Part shown: piece by piece, positions 1 to 13,165 of the stretch
Numbering within the stretch: the stretch's first letter is position 1
Layout of the letters: every line of letters starts with the position of its first letter
Origin: Camelus ferus
Taxonomy: Eukaryota
Direction of reading: 5' to 3'
NCBI RefSeq assembly: GCF_009834535.1
Contig: NC_045696.1
Coordinates: 46,440,001-46,504,000, forward strand
DNA: 64,000 bases
Notes under the pieces: generated by a model
Databases searched by the model: none
Told to the model about the DNA's origin: nothing
What the model saw: the letters and a program-made list of their open reading frames with translations, nothing else
Translations under genes and position numbers: made by a program

Positions 1-818
1 TGGGTGTGCTTTCATGTTACCTACTCTTACTGCTCCACAGTTGGAGATTTTTTTACTTGGACATAGTGCTTGTTACCATGCAAACTTTACTCTAGTTATT
101 TTTGTCAACATTCTCAGTCATTGATGTAAAAGCAGGTTTTGATGTGGAGGATGACAGAGTGAAACCTCCTGGTACCTGTGGTGGAGTGAGGAATCTTTCG
201 GGGAGGGGAGATTTGTGAAGAAAATTTGAGGGCAGCAAACCTCAGATTTAACTTCGCTCAGGACCAATTCTATAGTACTTCTTCTAATTTTAAATCTTTA
301 TGCCACAGATAAGCAAACAGTTCTGTATGTTTGTTGAGACTCTTTGCTGAGTAATTGAGTATTCATGAGGCAGAAACTATGTTTTTTGGGGAAACTTTAC
401 AATGAATTTTTGATGCCTTGAAGCTGCTTTGTAGTCTGAAAGTTATATCATACAGTATCTCTGGTCTTGTCAGATTTACATTAACTTTGTCAAATCCTTC
501 TCTCTTCCTGTCCCAGTTCCCACCAACCTCTTTACCAAGAGTTAGGTGACCCAAGTTTAAGGTGGTGGTGAAGGTGAGGTGGGCAGAGAGTTGAACCTTC
601 AATTTTGTTTTGCTTTAAGGGAAATAACATAGCTCAGAAAATAAATAGAAGAAAAGTATTATTTAAGTTCTAATATTGGAAATTCAAGAGATTTCCCTCC
701 TAATAGCATCTGTCCTTTCACCCACCTCTGTTTATCTGATGTACTATTCTCAGTTCTGTGTGAAATTAGTACACATTCAAAATACTGAGTAAGCACATTA
801 AAATGATTGCTTTGGAGG

Positions 819-3158
819 AGTGGCCAAGATGACGGAGTAGGAAGACGGTGAGCTTACCTCTGCCCGGGGGCACACTAAAATTACAAGTGTCTACAGAGCA
901 ACTGTCGATGAGAAAGATCGGGAAGACTAACAGAAAAGATCTTCTACAACTAACGATATAAAGAAGGAACCACAATGAGACAGGTAGGAGGGGCTGAGAC
1001 ATGGTATAGTCAAGACCCATACCCCTGGGGGAGGAGGGGGGCGACCCGCAAATGGGAGGATAATTACAACTGCACAGGCACAGGTTCTCTCCAAGGAGCG
1101 AAGGGTCCGAGCCCTAAATCAGGCTCTCCAGGCTGGGACCTGCACTGGGAAGACGAGCCCCTAGAACAGTTGGCTTTGCAGGCCAGCGACTCTTACTTTC
1201 GGCAGACCCAGAAGGCTGTGAGAAACAGAGACTCCACTCTTAAAGGGCACACACAAAATCTCACATACTCTGAGACCCAGGGCAGAGGCAGGAATTTGAA
1301 AGGAGCCTGGGTTAGACCCACTTGCTGATCACGGAGAGCTTTCTGGAGAAGCAGGAGGCAATTGGGACTCGCCCTGGGGACGAAGACACTGGCAGCAGCC
1401 ATTTTGGGGAGCTTGTTTTACAGCGAGGACACTGGGGCTGGGAAGCACCATTTTAGAATCCTCCCTCTGACTTGTAAGTGCTGGGACCCCACCCCCCTCC
1501 CCCAATAAGCCTATTGGCTCCTGTGCTGGGATGCCTCAGGCCAAGGAACTAGCCAAGCAGGAGCGCAGCCCCGCCCACCAGTAGCACAGCAGCCTTAAGA
1601 TCCCCTGAGCTCACAGCTGCCCCAGGACTAAGCCCTGTTCACCACTGGGACTGCACTAGCCCCAGCACCCCCTGGGCCTCAGCCCTGTACCAGCAGGCCG
1701 ATACCAGCTTCAAGACCCCCGGGGCCCAGCAGCCAGAGACCCCAGGACCCAGCCCACTCATCAGTGGTCCAGCCCCAGCCCTGGATCCACCCTCCCCCAG
1801 CCCTTATCCCATGCACCAGCGGGCTGACATCAGCTTTGGGACACCCTGGACCCCACAGGCATCAATGTCAGGAACCAGCCTTGCCTACCTGGGGTTAAAT
1901 GACAAAAGGAGTAAAATCATCTATATAATAATTAGTTAAGGCATGCAAAAACAGAAACTGTAAAACATGAGGTCAAAAATAGTAAACATTGTGGGGGAGA
2001 GTAAAAATGTATATAGCCTTAAGAAATCAGCAACTTTAATCATATATATATAGATTGCTATGTATAAATCTCATGGTAACCACAAATAAAAAAGTTTATA
2101 CTAGATACACATACAAATAAAAATCCAAACATAACACTAAAGTTAGTCATATAACAAAGGAAGAGAGCAAAAGAAGAAAGGAACAAAAAAGAACTACAAA
2201 GACAACTCCAAAACAATGAGTAAAATGGCAGTAAGTACATTCCTATTAATTAATTTTAAACAAAATGGACTGTGTGCTCCAATCTGAAGACATAGAGTTG
2301 CTGAATAGAGTATTAGCCATAAAAAAGAATGAAATATTGACGTTTGCAACAACATGGATGGACCTAGAGGGTGTTATGCCAAGTGAAATATGTCAAACAG
2401 AGGAAGACAAATGCTGTATGATTTTACTTATATGTAGAATCTAAAACCCAAAACAAATGAATGAACATAACAAAACAGAAACAGAGTTGTAGGTTTAGAG
2501 AACAAAGAAGTGGTTGCCAGAGGGGACCAGGTTGGGTAGAGGAAAGAAATAGATGAGGAAGATTAAGAGGTACAAACTTCCAGTTGCAAAGTAAGCGAGT
2601 CATGGGTATGGAATTTACAGTATGGGAAATATAGTCAGTAACTGTAATAGCCTTGTATGGTGATATACAGTGACTTAGTATAGTGATCATTTTGAAATGT
2701 ATAGAAATATTGAATCACTGTGTTGTGTAACAGGAACTAGCATAGTGTTGTAGGTCAGTTATACTTCCAAAACAAGGAAACAAACTCAGTCATAAAAAAC
2801 AAGATCAGATTTGTGGTCCCAGAGGAGAGGGAGGGAGAATTGGATAAAAGTAGTCAAAAGGTACAAAAGGTATAAATAAGTACTAGAGATACAGTGTGCC
2901 ACATGCTAAATATAGTTAACACTGTTCTATGCTGTGTATGAAAGTTAAAAGAATAAATACTAAGAAGTTCTCATCACAAGGGAAATTCTTTTCTATTCCT
3001 TTAATTTTATATCTCTGAGATGATGGATGCTTCTTAAACTTACTGTAATAATCATTTCATGATGTATGTAAGTCAAACATCATGCTCTACACCTTAAACT
3101 TACACAGTACTGTATGGCAATTATACCTCAATAAAACTGGAAGGAAAATAGTCAATAC
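819..3158 (+). mobile_element. L1 retaining both ends with two large internal deletions
   Basis: GC-rich 5'UTR beginning ...GGCCAAGATGACGGAGTAGGAAG; inter-ORF-like A-rich segment from ~1892; ORF2 start ATGGCAGTAAGTACA at 2225; ORF2 C-terminus AIKKNEILTFATTWMDLEG (2316-2444); 3'UTR with AATAAA at 3130; TSD aatgattgYtttggagg at 802-818 and 3159-3175. Confidence 0.9.
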
Positions 3159-4029
3159 AATGATTGTTTTGGAGGGAGGAAGAGGAATGGGAATGGAGTA
3201 TAAGATAAAGGGAAGCTAATTAGCTAATTAAAATTATCTCATTAGCTACTTTGTTGGACTGTGTTGCAGATTTTACTATAAATACATAAGACTTCTATTC
3301 AAGTCTGTATATTAGACTATATCTCTAAGATTTTCCAAAATTCATGATATGAGATGAAACTCTTGATGCTGACTAGATTCAGTTTTATCTCAATAAAACA
3401 ATTATATTCAGAATAGCTTTAGTATCATTATATTGTACTGTATTTTAGTTCTTCAAAAGTTGTTTTTTTCCAGAAGTGTGTAATTCTCACTAAAGCAAAC
3501 ACTGTATTCCCAACTCTTCCATGTCCCCCCCACCCCATCTCCTAAATATAAGAAAAGATACAATTTCAGACATGGAGAATGAATTGTGTGCCACTGTCTG
3601 CCTAAGTATAATGGCATACATAATAAATTTCAAGACACTGGAAATGCCCTTAGAATTGGTTTTAGAAGTCACATTAACATTATTTAGTTTTTTAGTGTTT
3701 TTGTTGAAACCTGAGACTTCTCCTTGTAGGAAATATAAATTGAAAGAGAAATGGGTGTTATGGGAATACAGATTGAAAATTTAAACATCTTGACTTATTA
3801 AATATCATGATGTGCCAAAGATTTTCAGGAAATCTGTTGAAATTAGGATTTGAAGTAACATACAATAAATCAGTACTCCCTTTCATTTCTTTTCAGGAGG
3901 TTATGTGTGTGGGCCAGTACTTTTATGTTCTTTTTCTTATTGCAGCCTTTCTACTTTTCTCCTCTTACTTCAGGCACTAGTAATACTATAGCTTAACATA
4001 CCTGTTATTTATTTTGTATTCTGTGCCCC

Positions 4030-4265
4030 GATTAAGGTTTCAAACCCATTTCTCACCCATTCACTGTGTCCAGGAAGATGGAATAAGCTGATTGGCCGAG
4101 CCTGGAAGATACTTCTATTCCTGAAGCTTGGGTAGAGTTGGGTCAGTTCCACTTAAGATACATGGACTGTGAGCAAGGAGTAGTATTTTCCTAAGAATCA
4201 AAGTGCTTTTACCAGAAAATGGGAGATACACGTATAAAAGGCAGGCAAAAACATCTATGTCTATA
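4030..4265 (-). mobile_element. Old MaLR (MLT1-like) LTR fragment
   Basis: Degenerate MLT1-type motifs (ctgattggccgagcctgg ... gtgcttttaccagaaaatggg ... ggcaggcaaaaac). Confidence 0.5.
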
Positions 4266-4949
4266 ATTTCTGCTTAAGAAAAACCAGTATAGAAAAACGC
4301 ACTTCTATGGATGATTATTCTCCCATTTAAATAGGGCATCTACAGTGAATTTCCTTTTCAACTTGAAAAGTGACAAAATCTGATTTTCTTAATTATAAAA
4401 AAAGTTAAAATTTTAAGATGCTTATTAGCAGTATGGAGAACCATGGCTGTTACAGATGTCTGCAGGGCATATATCTTTCGTCATTCCCCTTGAGTTCTGT
4501 GTAATTGGTGGCCTTTGTGGTTGTGTAACACTGAGCTCTGAGAGTCACTATGCTGGAGTTAGTGATAAAGGATAAACCCTGTGTCTTCCAATGGGAATAC
4601 TTGGAGAATATTTTCTTGGTTTTTTGTTTTTTTTTTTTGAATTGGCTTAATTTGAGCCAAATATTTTATGCTACTTCAAATATTGACTGCCATAGCATCA
4701 GAGGCATTTATTGACGATTAGTGACTAGTGGAGCATGTATACTGTACAGAGATTGTTGTTGTAGGCATGTGCTTTGTTTTAATGGAGGACATAAATTCAA
4801 TTGTTACTAGGTGTTTCTGGTGGGAGTGAGCATTTAAGGGAAATTACTGTTTATAAATTCTCAGCTGGCTTTGGCCTATCATTCACTGGTCAGTATGTAA
4901 TTTTAATATTGTTAGAATGAAGTAAATTGATACTAGCTTTTTAAAAAAA

Positions 4950-5043
4950 ACTTAATAAGCTTTACTTTTTAGAGCAGTTTTAGATTCACAGCAAAATTGG
5001 GTAGAAAGTATAGAGTTTCCATATACTACCTTCCCCCACACAG
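4950..5043 (-). mobile_element. Old L1 (L1MB-like) 3' end fragment
   Basis: ttttagagcagttttagattcacagcaaaattg...agagtttccatatac, a typical antisense L1MB terminus. Confidence 0.7.
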
Positions 5044-5214
5044 GTAAATGAGCATTACCATTTCACTCCAAGTATTTAGAAACACAAAGAAATATTTCAC
5101 ATGCTTATTGTTACAAATAAAAGATGTCTTTCTCTGCATTCAGACTAGAAAGGGGAAAGTGTTCAAGAGCCAAGCAGCGTTCTCTGACTTAACTCCAGGA
5201 ATGAAAATGTAGGC

Positions 5215-5398
5215 TTTTTTTTTTTTAATTGAGGTATAGTCAGTCTACAATGTTGTGCCAATTTCTGGTGTACAGCACAATTCTAAAGTCATACATGAAT
5301 ATACATATATTCATTTTCCTGTTCTTTTTCACCATAAGCTACTACAAGATATTGAATATATTTCCCTGTGCTATGCATTATAAACTTATTTATCTATC
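5215..5398 (-). mobile_element. 5'-truncated camelid-type L1 3' end
   Basis: Poly-T then attgaggtatagtcagtctacaatgttgtgccaatttctggtgtacagcac; reverse complement resembles 20870-21030; imperfect TSD taggc(c)ttttt at 5210 and 5399. Confidence 0.85.
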
Positions 5399-7194
5399 TA
5401 GGCCTTTTTTAATAAAACTTTTCCAGCTGAATGTTGCTGCTAAGGAAGACCATAGGGAGAGTAGGGACCTAATGTAACTTGGTCTGGAGCCTCCTGCTGT
5501 TCCGTGGATGGCAAACTGCAGGTCAGACTGATTGACGATAGTCCAGAAGAGCAGTGTGCTGTAGGGCCAAGTGCACTGACCCAGAGCAGGAACCCTGGGT
5601 TCTGGCCTGGCTCTGCCTCTAGCTTGCTGTGTGGTAGAAGGGGTTGAACTGAGTGGCCTCTGACTGCCGCCAGCATTCTGCAAGTCCATGACTGAATGGA
5701 ATGTCTGGTAGGGACTAACATCAAATGCTACAGTGTGGAGTCACGGGGTGTTGTCCCAGCCTAGCCACAAACCAGCTGAATGCCTTTTGTCCAGTTACTT
5801 AGCCTTTTTGGGTCTGTCTTGGTTTCAGCTGTGGAAATGTGTTTGGGCTTCCCTGTTCCCCTCAGGGAAGTTTCTTGGCCCTTTCTGGTTTAAAATAACT
5901 AAGTACTGTATAGTATTATTTGTCTAGGAATAACTGCTTTGTGAGTAAATAACTTCAAAAGAGAGTGTATTGACATTCATCATGGATCGTTTTTGAGCAG
6001 ACTCCTTTGTGTCTTCATATCAGGAATGTTCTTGCAATTAGCATAATATGGAGCAAAAGCCTTTCTGCAACAAAGCTATTTGCTAGATATACATTAGGCA
6101 CATCTGAAAGGGACAGGGACTCTTTACAGACAATAGTTTTTAAAATTTGTTTTTTTAATAATACAATATAAATTTTAATAGAGATGTGCTTTTTAAATTA
6201 CATATATGTTTATATTTCTTTAAGTTGTCTTTGTGCAATTTAATTAATTAATAAAGGAAAAAAGGGAAAGACTAGTGACCCTTGCTTCTCAGAACAGAAT
6301 TTTTCCGTTTAAAATTATGTGAATTGCTAACAACTGACTTCCTTTTTTAATCAAATGACTTTGGACTGACTTGTTAAAGTAAGAGTGTGATTTTCTGTAT
6401 ATTGTGAATTATTGCTGATCAAAGGAATCCTTTTTTACCTTAAAAGGCAAGGCAGCCCTGAGGTTCCTCCAGTGGGTTTCATTCACAGAACCCCTCCCTA
6501 AAGATACTGGCTAATTCCTTATGTGTGTAAGCCACAGTTTTTCTTGGGGTAACCTACAGTAATGCATAGATGGGATATCCCAGAGGGTTTGGATTATCTT
6601 AACCATGTATTTTCCAGCTCAGTGGCCTGATAGAGCTAATGAATCTTCTCAAAGTACCTGGGGGTTCCCTGTCGGTGTTCCTCATATAGCTGCTGGCAGG
6701 CATGTTTTTATACTCTTTATGGAAGTGAAACTCCTTCTGCCTTAAATGTGCAATTTCCCCTGCCTGAGAAGGTCAAAGGCACATTTATATAGTTCACAAG
6801 AGTATAAAAGAGGCATTCAGGGCCTCCCTGCCAAGCCATCTGACTGGACTAATGCCTGCTCATTTTCCACCTCTACTTACGGAAACTGCAGAAATTCGTA
6901 GTTCCACTATGGTCCCTGCAACAACAGTTTTAGAGCAAATGAACATTATAATAAAATGTCCATATTATTAAATCAGCTAATGTAGGCCGAAATTGGTAGG
7001 AGTAAAAAGTGGTTGTTTAGAGTGTCAGAATTAACTATATGTTAAAGCTACCTAAATTAAAACAAAATCCACCTTTTGAAAAACTAGCAAGTCACTTCGC
7101 ATCCAAATACTGAGAATATTTAAGCAAACTTCAGCGTGTTCACACTGTAACTTTATTAAATGCTCTTCTACCACTTAGTTTTAACTCTCTTGAG

Positions 7195-7430
7195 ATATTA
7201 ACATTTATTGAGCACTTCCTGTATGCCAGGCCCTTTGTATTTATAATGTCTTCTAATAATTTAAGGAAACCTTTAGAGGTGGAGGGATTGTTATCCTGAT
7301 TTGCAGATAAGGAATTGGGGGCTCAGAGATCTCAGGAATTGGCCTACAGTTGCATAGTAGTAAGTAAATGGAGGACATGGGTTTGGTCCTAAGGTCAGTA
7401 TGCTTTGCAGAACACCATGCTACTAACTGT
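7195..7430 (-). mobile_element. MIR SINE
   Basis: taacatttattgagcactt...atttgcagataaggaattggggctcagaga antisense core. Confidence 0.75.
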
Positions 7431-7774
7431 GTCCTGCTGTTCATGAGACTACGGGGAGAGGGGGAAAAAAAGCAGATTGCATTACTTCTGATTTGCCTAC
7501 ATTTCGTGTTCTACTTTCTGATATGAACCCTGGACTTCCACCAAATCTGCCTCTTGTCCCTTCCCAGTGTACTTCTTCCCAGCATTGAACTTGGGCTCAG
7601 CCTTTGCCTGTGCCTGTAATGACCTTCTCCATCTTCTCTCCCTGTATCCCAACTTGCAGCTGGTGCTTTAGGATCCAGCTTTATTCATCTGCATAAAAAA
7701 TTCCCTTGTGCAGTATAACTTTTTTGGAGTTCTTTGCTTACCATTTTGATATGCATTTCTCCCTACTATTATGT

Positions 7775-7777
<3 letters not shown>

Positions 7778-7811
<34 letters not shown>
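7778..7811. repeat. (TG)17 microsatellite
   Basis: Direct reading. Confidence 0.97.
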
Positions 7812-7812
<1 letters not shown>

Positions 7813-7852
7813 AATTACCCAACTAGATATCAGCTTCCAGAAAACAACTCTT

Positions 7853-8464
7853 TTTTTTAACATTTTTTTATTGAATTATAATTATTTTACAATATTGTGT
7901 CAAATTCCAGTGTAGAGCACAATTTTTCAGTTATACATGAACATATATATATATTCATTGTCACATTTTTTTCTCTGTGAGCTACCATAAGATCTTGTAT
8001 ATATTTCCCTGTGCTATACAGTATAATCCTGTTTATCTATTCTACAATTTTGAAATCCCAGTCTATCTCTTCCCACCCCCCACCCCCTTGGCAACCACAA
8101 TTTTATATTCTATGTCTGTGAGTCTATTTCTGTTTTGTATTTATGGGTTTTTTTTTTGTTTTTTTTTTAAGATTCCACATATGAGCGATCTCATATGATA
8201 TTTTTCTTTCTCTTGGCTTACTTCACTTAGAATGACATTCTCCAGGAGCATCCATGTTGCTGCAAAGGCATTATGTTGTTGGTTTTTATGGCTGAGTAGT
8301 ATTCCATTGTATAAATATACCACACCTTCTTTATCCAGTCATCTGTTGATGGGCACTTAGGCTGCTTCCATGTCTTGGCTATTGTAAATAGTGCTGCTAT
8401 GAACATTGGGGTACAGGTGTCATCCTGAAGTAGGGTCCCTTCTGGATATATGCGCAGGAGCAGG
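7853..8464 (-). mobile_element. 5'-truncated young L1 (ORF2 C-terminus plus 3'UTR)
   Basis: Minus-strand ORF contains FAATWMLLENVILSEVSQ-EKEKYHM (L1 ORF2 end); TSD aaacaactctt at 7842-7852 and 8465-8475. Confidence 0.92.
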
Positions 8465-9041
8465 AAACAACTCTTATAATACCTTTTGCCGTGTTAATAC
8501 ATAGTAGGTCATTAATAATTTCTCAAACTGTAAAAGATTATACCATTTGCATCTCTGTGCTATTGACATATAGGTGGTACATAGTTTTTAAAGCTTAATT
8601 TGTAATTGGTTGGTATTGAGTACTGAAGGAGAAAGGATTTCCAGATCTTTTGTCTTGCTATTTTAAGAGGTCCGTGTCTAACAATGAATGCTCAAGTTTT
8701 CTGTCTCTGCCTGCTGGTATTTTCTGACACCTTTCTGGAAATTCCAAACAGATGGACAAATCTGTAATGACTTGTTGTTACTTTGGTTTACTGTTAGTAT
8801 CTAGAGAACTGTTGTTTGGCCTTTAAGACTATGTTTAAGGTTTCTTAACTGAAAGGCTGTGGGTCATGAGGAAATGCAAGGGTAGGGAGTGGGAAGGTGA
8901 TAAAGAGATACTTCAGATTTGCATTTTCTTTTGAGAAATATCTGTTCTCAGTATAGCTGACACTTGTAGTTTCTGTTAAAGATTGGTGCCTGGCCAAAAA
9001 TGCCTGTGAAATAGCTGCGGTTTAAGCTTCAACTATAAAGA

Positions 9042-9180
9042 CAGGCAGGGTATGTGACTTCTAACAAAAGTGTTGTCTTTATCCATACTTTTTACTGTTA
9101 CTATCATAAAATAAAGACAGTGACAATGTGAAGTATGGATAAAGACAAGTCTTTTGTTAAAAAGCATATATATCTTCCTG
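9042..9180. repeat. Imperfect inverted repeat / hairpin (~140 bp)
   Basis: ttgtctttatccatactt (9073-9090) is the exact reverse complement of 9131-9148; 9062-9070 pairs with 9151-9159; weaker pairing extends inward and outward. Confidence 0.9.
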
Positions 9181-12100
9181 CATTCATTTATCTTTGTCTA
9201 CATGAAGATAATTTATTTCAGCAAATAGTTTAACTGGAACTTATCATTTCTAGAAAAAAAAATCCTTTGACCTCTAGTGTACCACAGTGACCTGAGGTGT
9301 GGAATTCATTGGCCAAAACTGCATCACAGCTGGTATGCATCTTCAGCACTATGTTATTTTGTAGTGTGCCTGGTGCTACTATGGAGGAGATGAAAAGAAT
9401 ATTGAGTACAGCGGGGTGGGTGGAGGACCTTATGCACACACAGTAAAGGGAAGGCTTTAGTTAAATCAATGAGGATTTTTTTTTTCCCTACAAACATGAT
9501 ACATTTACGTAGAAGTAAGAGCTTGGAGTTTGCATTTAAGTTTTATTTGTAAACATGTAGTCTATAAAAGAATGAATTAAGGGAAGTATAAGAATTATAT
9601 TTATTTAAAGAAGTAGCTTTTTAAGACAGGAAAAATCTCTGAAGAGCACCTGCTTTATAAAGTGAAATTGGAATACATATTGTTGGGAAAATGAAGGAGG
9701 CCAGTGTCAGATTTAGTGAAAGAGTAGATGTTAACACTGTTATTTGTAACCTGGACTTGTTTTGGCTCTCAGAGGTCGTGCTGACTCTCAGATTAGAAAT
9801 GCAGCCTCTCTCAAATCATAAACATAATTGAAAATAATAATTTTAAAATTTGCTTTCTTGGGTTCTCCATTTTGTTTTGTTCAGGTGTGAAAGCATGAGT
9901 ATTCTATTTTCAGGAAGATGAGGAAGAAATCTATTTCCTTTTCTAGCAGTTTGGCTCTTTTTGTTGTTGTTTCTGGCTCCGGAAATGGGGAGGCATCTGT
10001 GCCGTGCATTGTATCATACCCAGCAAGTTTTTCTTTTTCATTTGAATGCAGTCGTTCCTTAGCAAATAATTGCAATCCAGAATGACTTTTATTGAGCTTG
10101 ATTGAATTAGGGTTATGTATGAAAATGAGTTAGTTAAAGCTTAATCTATTACCCAGAGAATTGATGAAAACATCAGAAAAGCAGTCATTCATGGGGATTA
10201 AATATTCTTCTGTGTAAGTGGGCAGCATGGTTGCCTGGAGTCCCTTCTGCACTGACTAGGTTGTGGTGCCATCAGGGTGCAAAACACACGTTGTTGGCAT
10301 AGAAGGGGATTTTGCCATGATGTGTCTTTGAATGTTATACTGGACATTACCACTAACGAGGGAGCCTGCCTCATTGTAAGAAGTGGCACCTTACCTTTTT
10401 TAGTACAATAAGCTTTCAAAACATAGGACCCCAAGGGGCTGTGTGTAAACTGCCAGAAAGCCAGTTGCTTTGGAATATTTCAGTGATTGCTTAGGCCAGA
10501 TCTTTAAGATGGGTTTTTCAGATGCCAAGTCAAATGCCCTATTTGTGGTAAAAGGTAAATAATAGATATTTAATAGTTAGCTCTCTCACCCACATTGATG
10601 GAGTTTCTTAGAGAGAATGCTAAGCTGTGCCAGATCAGTGCTGGCTAGGTGTGCATCCTGTGGGAGGCAGTGTCATGGTGGGAAATGAGCTTTGGAAAGC
10701 AAAAAGCAGCAGGTTCTTAATGAGGCAGTGGGAGCTAAGTCATGGGGAGTCAGGAATCCGAGGCCCTGTATGGGTGAGAATGAGGGTTAAGAGGAAGCCA
10801 TAGTGGAACCCAAAGGACACAGACAGGCATGGGGTGGCTCCTTGGGAAATCTGTCCTGGCTTTGGTCTAAGGGCATATTCAAATCACCATTCTGCAGGGT
10901 TGTGTTCACCCTTTAGACATTTCCCCTTCTTGCCCACCATTTCCCCTTCTTGTCCTTCTGACACTTCACACAGCTACCCATTTCCATCAAATCAAAACAC
11001 TCTGTGAAGTACTTGTAACTTAAATGCAGAACAGCTTATGCTGAAACTGCTTTTCTGAAGCTACCCATGTGGGCATTTGTAATAGCCAGATAAAATCTGG
11101 AGTCTTTAAGTTGGGCTGTCAGAGAGCTCAAAGGGAGTCTGTCTCTGGCAAGATCTTCAGCCTCAAAATTGACCTCTGCTCTGTGTTTGATTCCCTGTTT
11201 TCTCCCTCCTAGTCAGTTAAGTCCAACACGATTTCTTTGTTATCCTGAGTTTTAAAACCCATATTGGCACAGCACAGTCGACCTCCTTCCTCTCCCTGAC
11301 CACTTTATCCATAAATAGTAGCAGCACAGGTGATAAATTATTGAACAACAGTCAAAATAAGGCATAGATATGGTCCATTTTTAGGTATGTATCTGATTAT
11401 AGAAACAGACAGATCTATAAAGGGTTCCTTAATATTAGTAAGAATTTAATTTTGAGCTCCTAAAAGAACTTCTGTATATAGGATGTATTAGCGTATTTTA
11501 TTTCTCCAGATAGCATGCACTCACTTCTTAAGCTACAAAGTTAGCAAATCTCTAAACCAAAATAAGAATGAAACCCACAATGTCAAAGTTAATGATGGAC
11601 CCTCCTCTCCCAATTTTGGCAGTACTGATTATATTTATTTATTTTTTTAGCTTATGCCAGTTTATTCACTTGATAGTTATTTATAGATATTCATGATTTT
11701 TATCTATTTATTTTACAATGTTTATTTTAATGGTTCTTCTCTCTACTGGTTTTTATGGGTTTATATGAAGAAAATGTATGGAAATAAAAATATGAGATGG
11801 TGTATGTGATTTTCTTAAAACAGTATTTTTATAATAATGTTAGTTGCCTATTTCATGATAATTCAGGATAGACTTTTATACCATTTAATCAGTTTTTGAA
11901 ATTGTATGCTTCCTTGGTAAAAAACAGGCATTTAATTTGGAAGTATTTGTAAATGTCCCTTGTAGTTTGCTTCAAAGATCTGGATTTATTTTTTTATCCA
12001 TACCCTTGTTTTAAAAAATGTGGATGAATGAGTAGTATCTTGTGTGAAGCCACAGGAGACCGCTTAATATTTTACTCATTCTTTTCAGCTATTATTTTTT

Positions 12101-12702
12101 TCAGTAGCACTGGGTGACAACTGAATCATCTAAGTCTAATTAGGATTACTCAGATGAATCATTACACATTTTTGATATTTAATTCTTTCAAATCATGGTG
12201 GCTAATTAGAAAAACTTTATCCAAGTCATAAAATGACTAACAGTATTGATAAAGCTGTAAGACAGTAAGTGATATCCGATTTCTAGAGTGTGTTATAACC
12301 TACTGATTGTAAAGAAATATATTGTCATAATCTGCAGGGGCACAGGAAATTGTCTCTCTTAGTTGAGAGTGAAATTAGAATTACCACTGAAGCACCCAAG
12401 AAACTAAATGAACATGTCTCACACAGAAATGGAAATAACTTAATTCTTAAAAATGGTACAGTTTGGATATATGTCAATATATATTGGCAGTATTAATGTA
12501 TAATGTTCATTTAATTTGTATACTCTTTTGCTGATTTTGATCCTTTTATATTTAGTTCATCCCATGTAGTTAGAAAGTAATTTTTAGGAAACAGCTTTTC
12601 TCTATTGTGTTCCCCCCACCATTCCCCACTTAAAAAAAAATCTTGGCTTCACTCATTATCTTTAAAACACTTAAAGAATAAAATATAAGATACTAACATC
12701 TG

Positions 12703-12730
12703 GTGCTCGCTTCAGCAGCACATAGACTAA
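12703..12730 (+). pseudogene. 3'-truncated (tailless) U6 snRNA retrocopy
   Basis: GTGCTCGCTTCAGCAGCACATAGACTAA versus U6 5' end GTGCTCGCTTCGGCAGCACATATACTAA (2 mismatches); perfect 17-bp direct repeat taagatactaacatctg at 12686-12702 and 12728-12744. Confidence 0.93.
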
Positions 12731-13165
12731 GATACTAACATCTGAACCACAGAATCACTGGTTGGCTTGGACTAGTCATTTCAGATAACTTGGATTTCAT
12801 CAGGATGTCAATTTAATGTCATGTTTTTCTGGAGGATTCTTCTGTAACTCCACACTTAATTATAGTCAAAAAGCTGAGAAACGATTGCCCGTAATCCTTT
12901 GTCTCTGTAACTTTAATCTCAGAGTTCTCGTTGAGTAATTTTAGTGACTTTTTCTGTTAAATTAAAGTTGACAATAAACACTTTAGGTCTTTTTTTCTAA
13001 ATAGTGTTAGTTAGAGGGATGTTTAATAATTTGCCTAGTTTTGATTGTTCGGCTGTTAATTCACCTTATCTAGGGATTATTTTGCTAAAGGAGAATAAGT
13101 ATCAGCTTTGTTTGAAAGGGCTTCCTGGCTCACCATTTTAACCACTTTGCTGTGGTCCTTCACAG

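Noticed and set aside
975..1328. 117-aa ORF
   Set aside because: Lies in the GC-rich L1 5'UTR; not ORF1-like, expected by chance.
5025..5049. ccttcccccacaCAG|GTAAAT recursive-site-like motif
   Set aside because: Sits at the edge of an old L1 fragment and the donor is mediocre.
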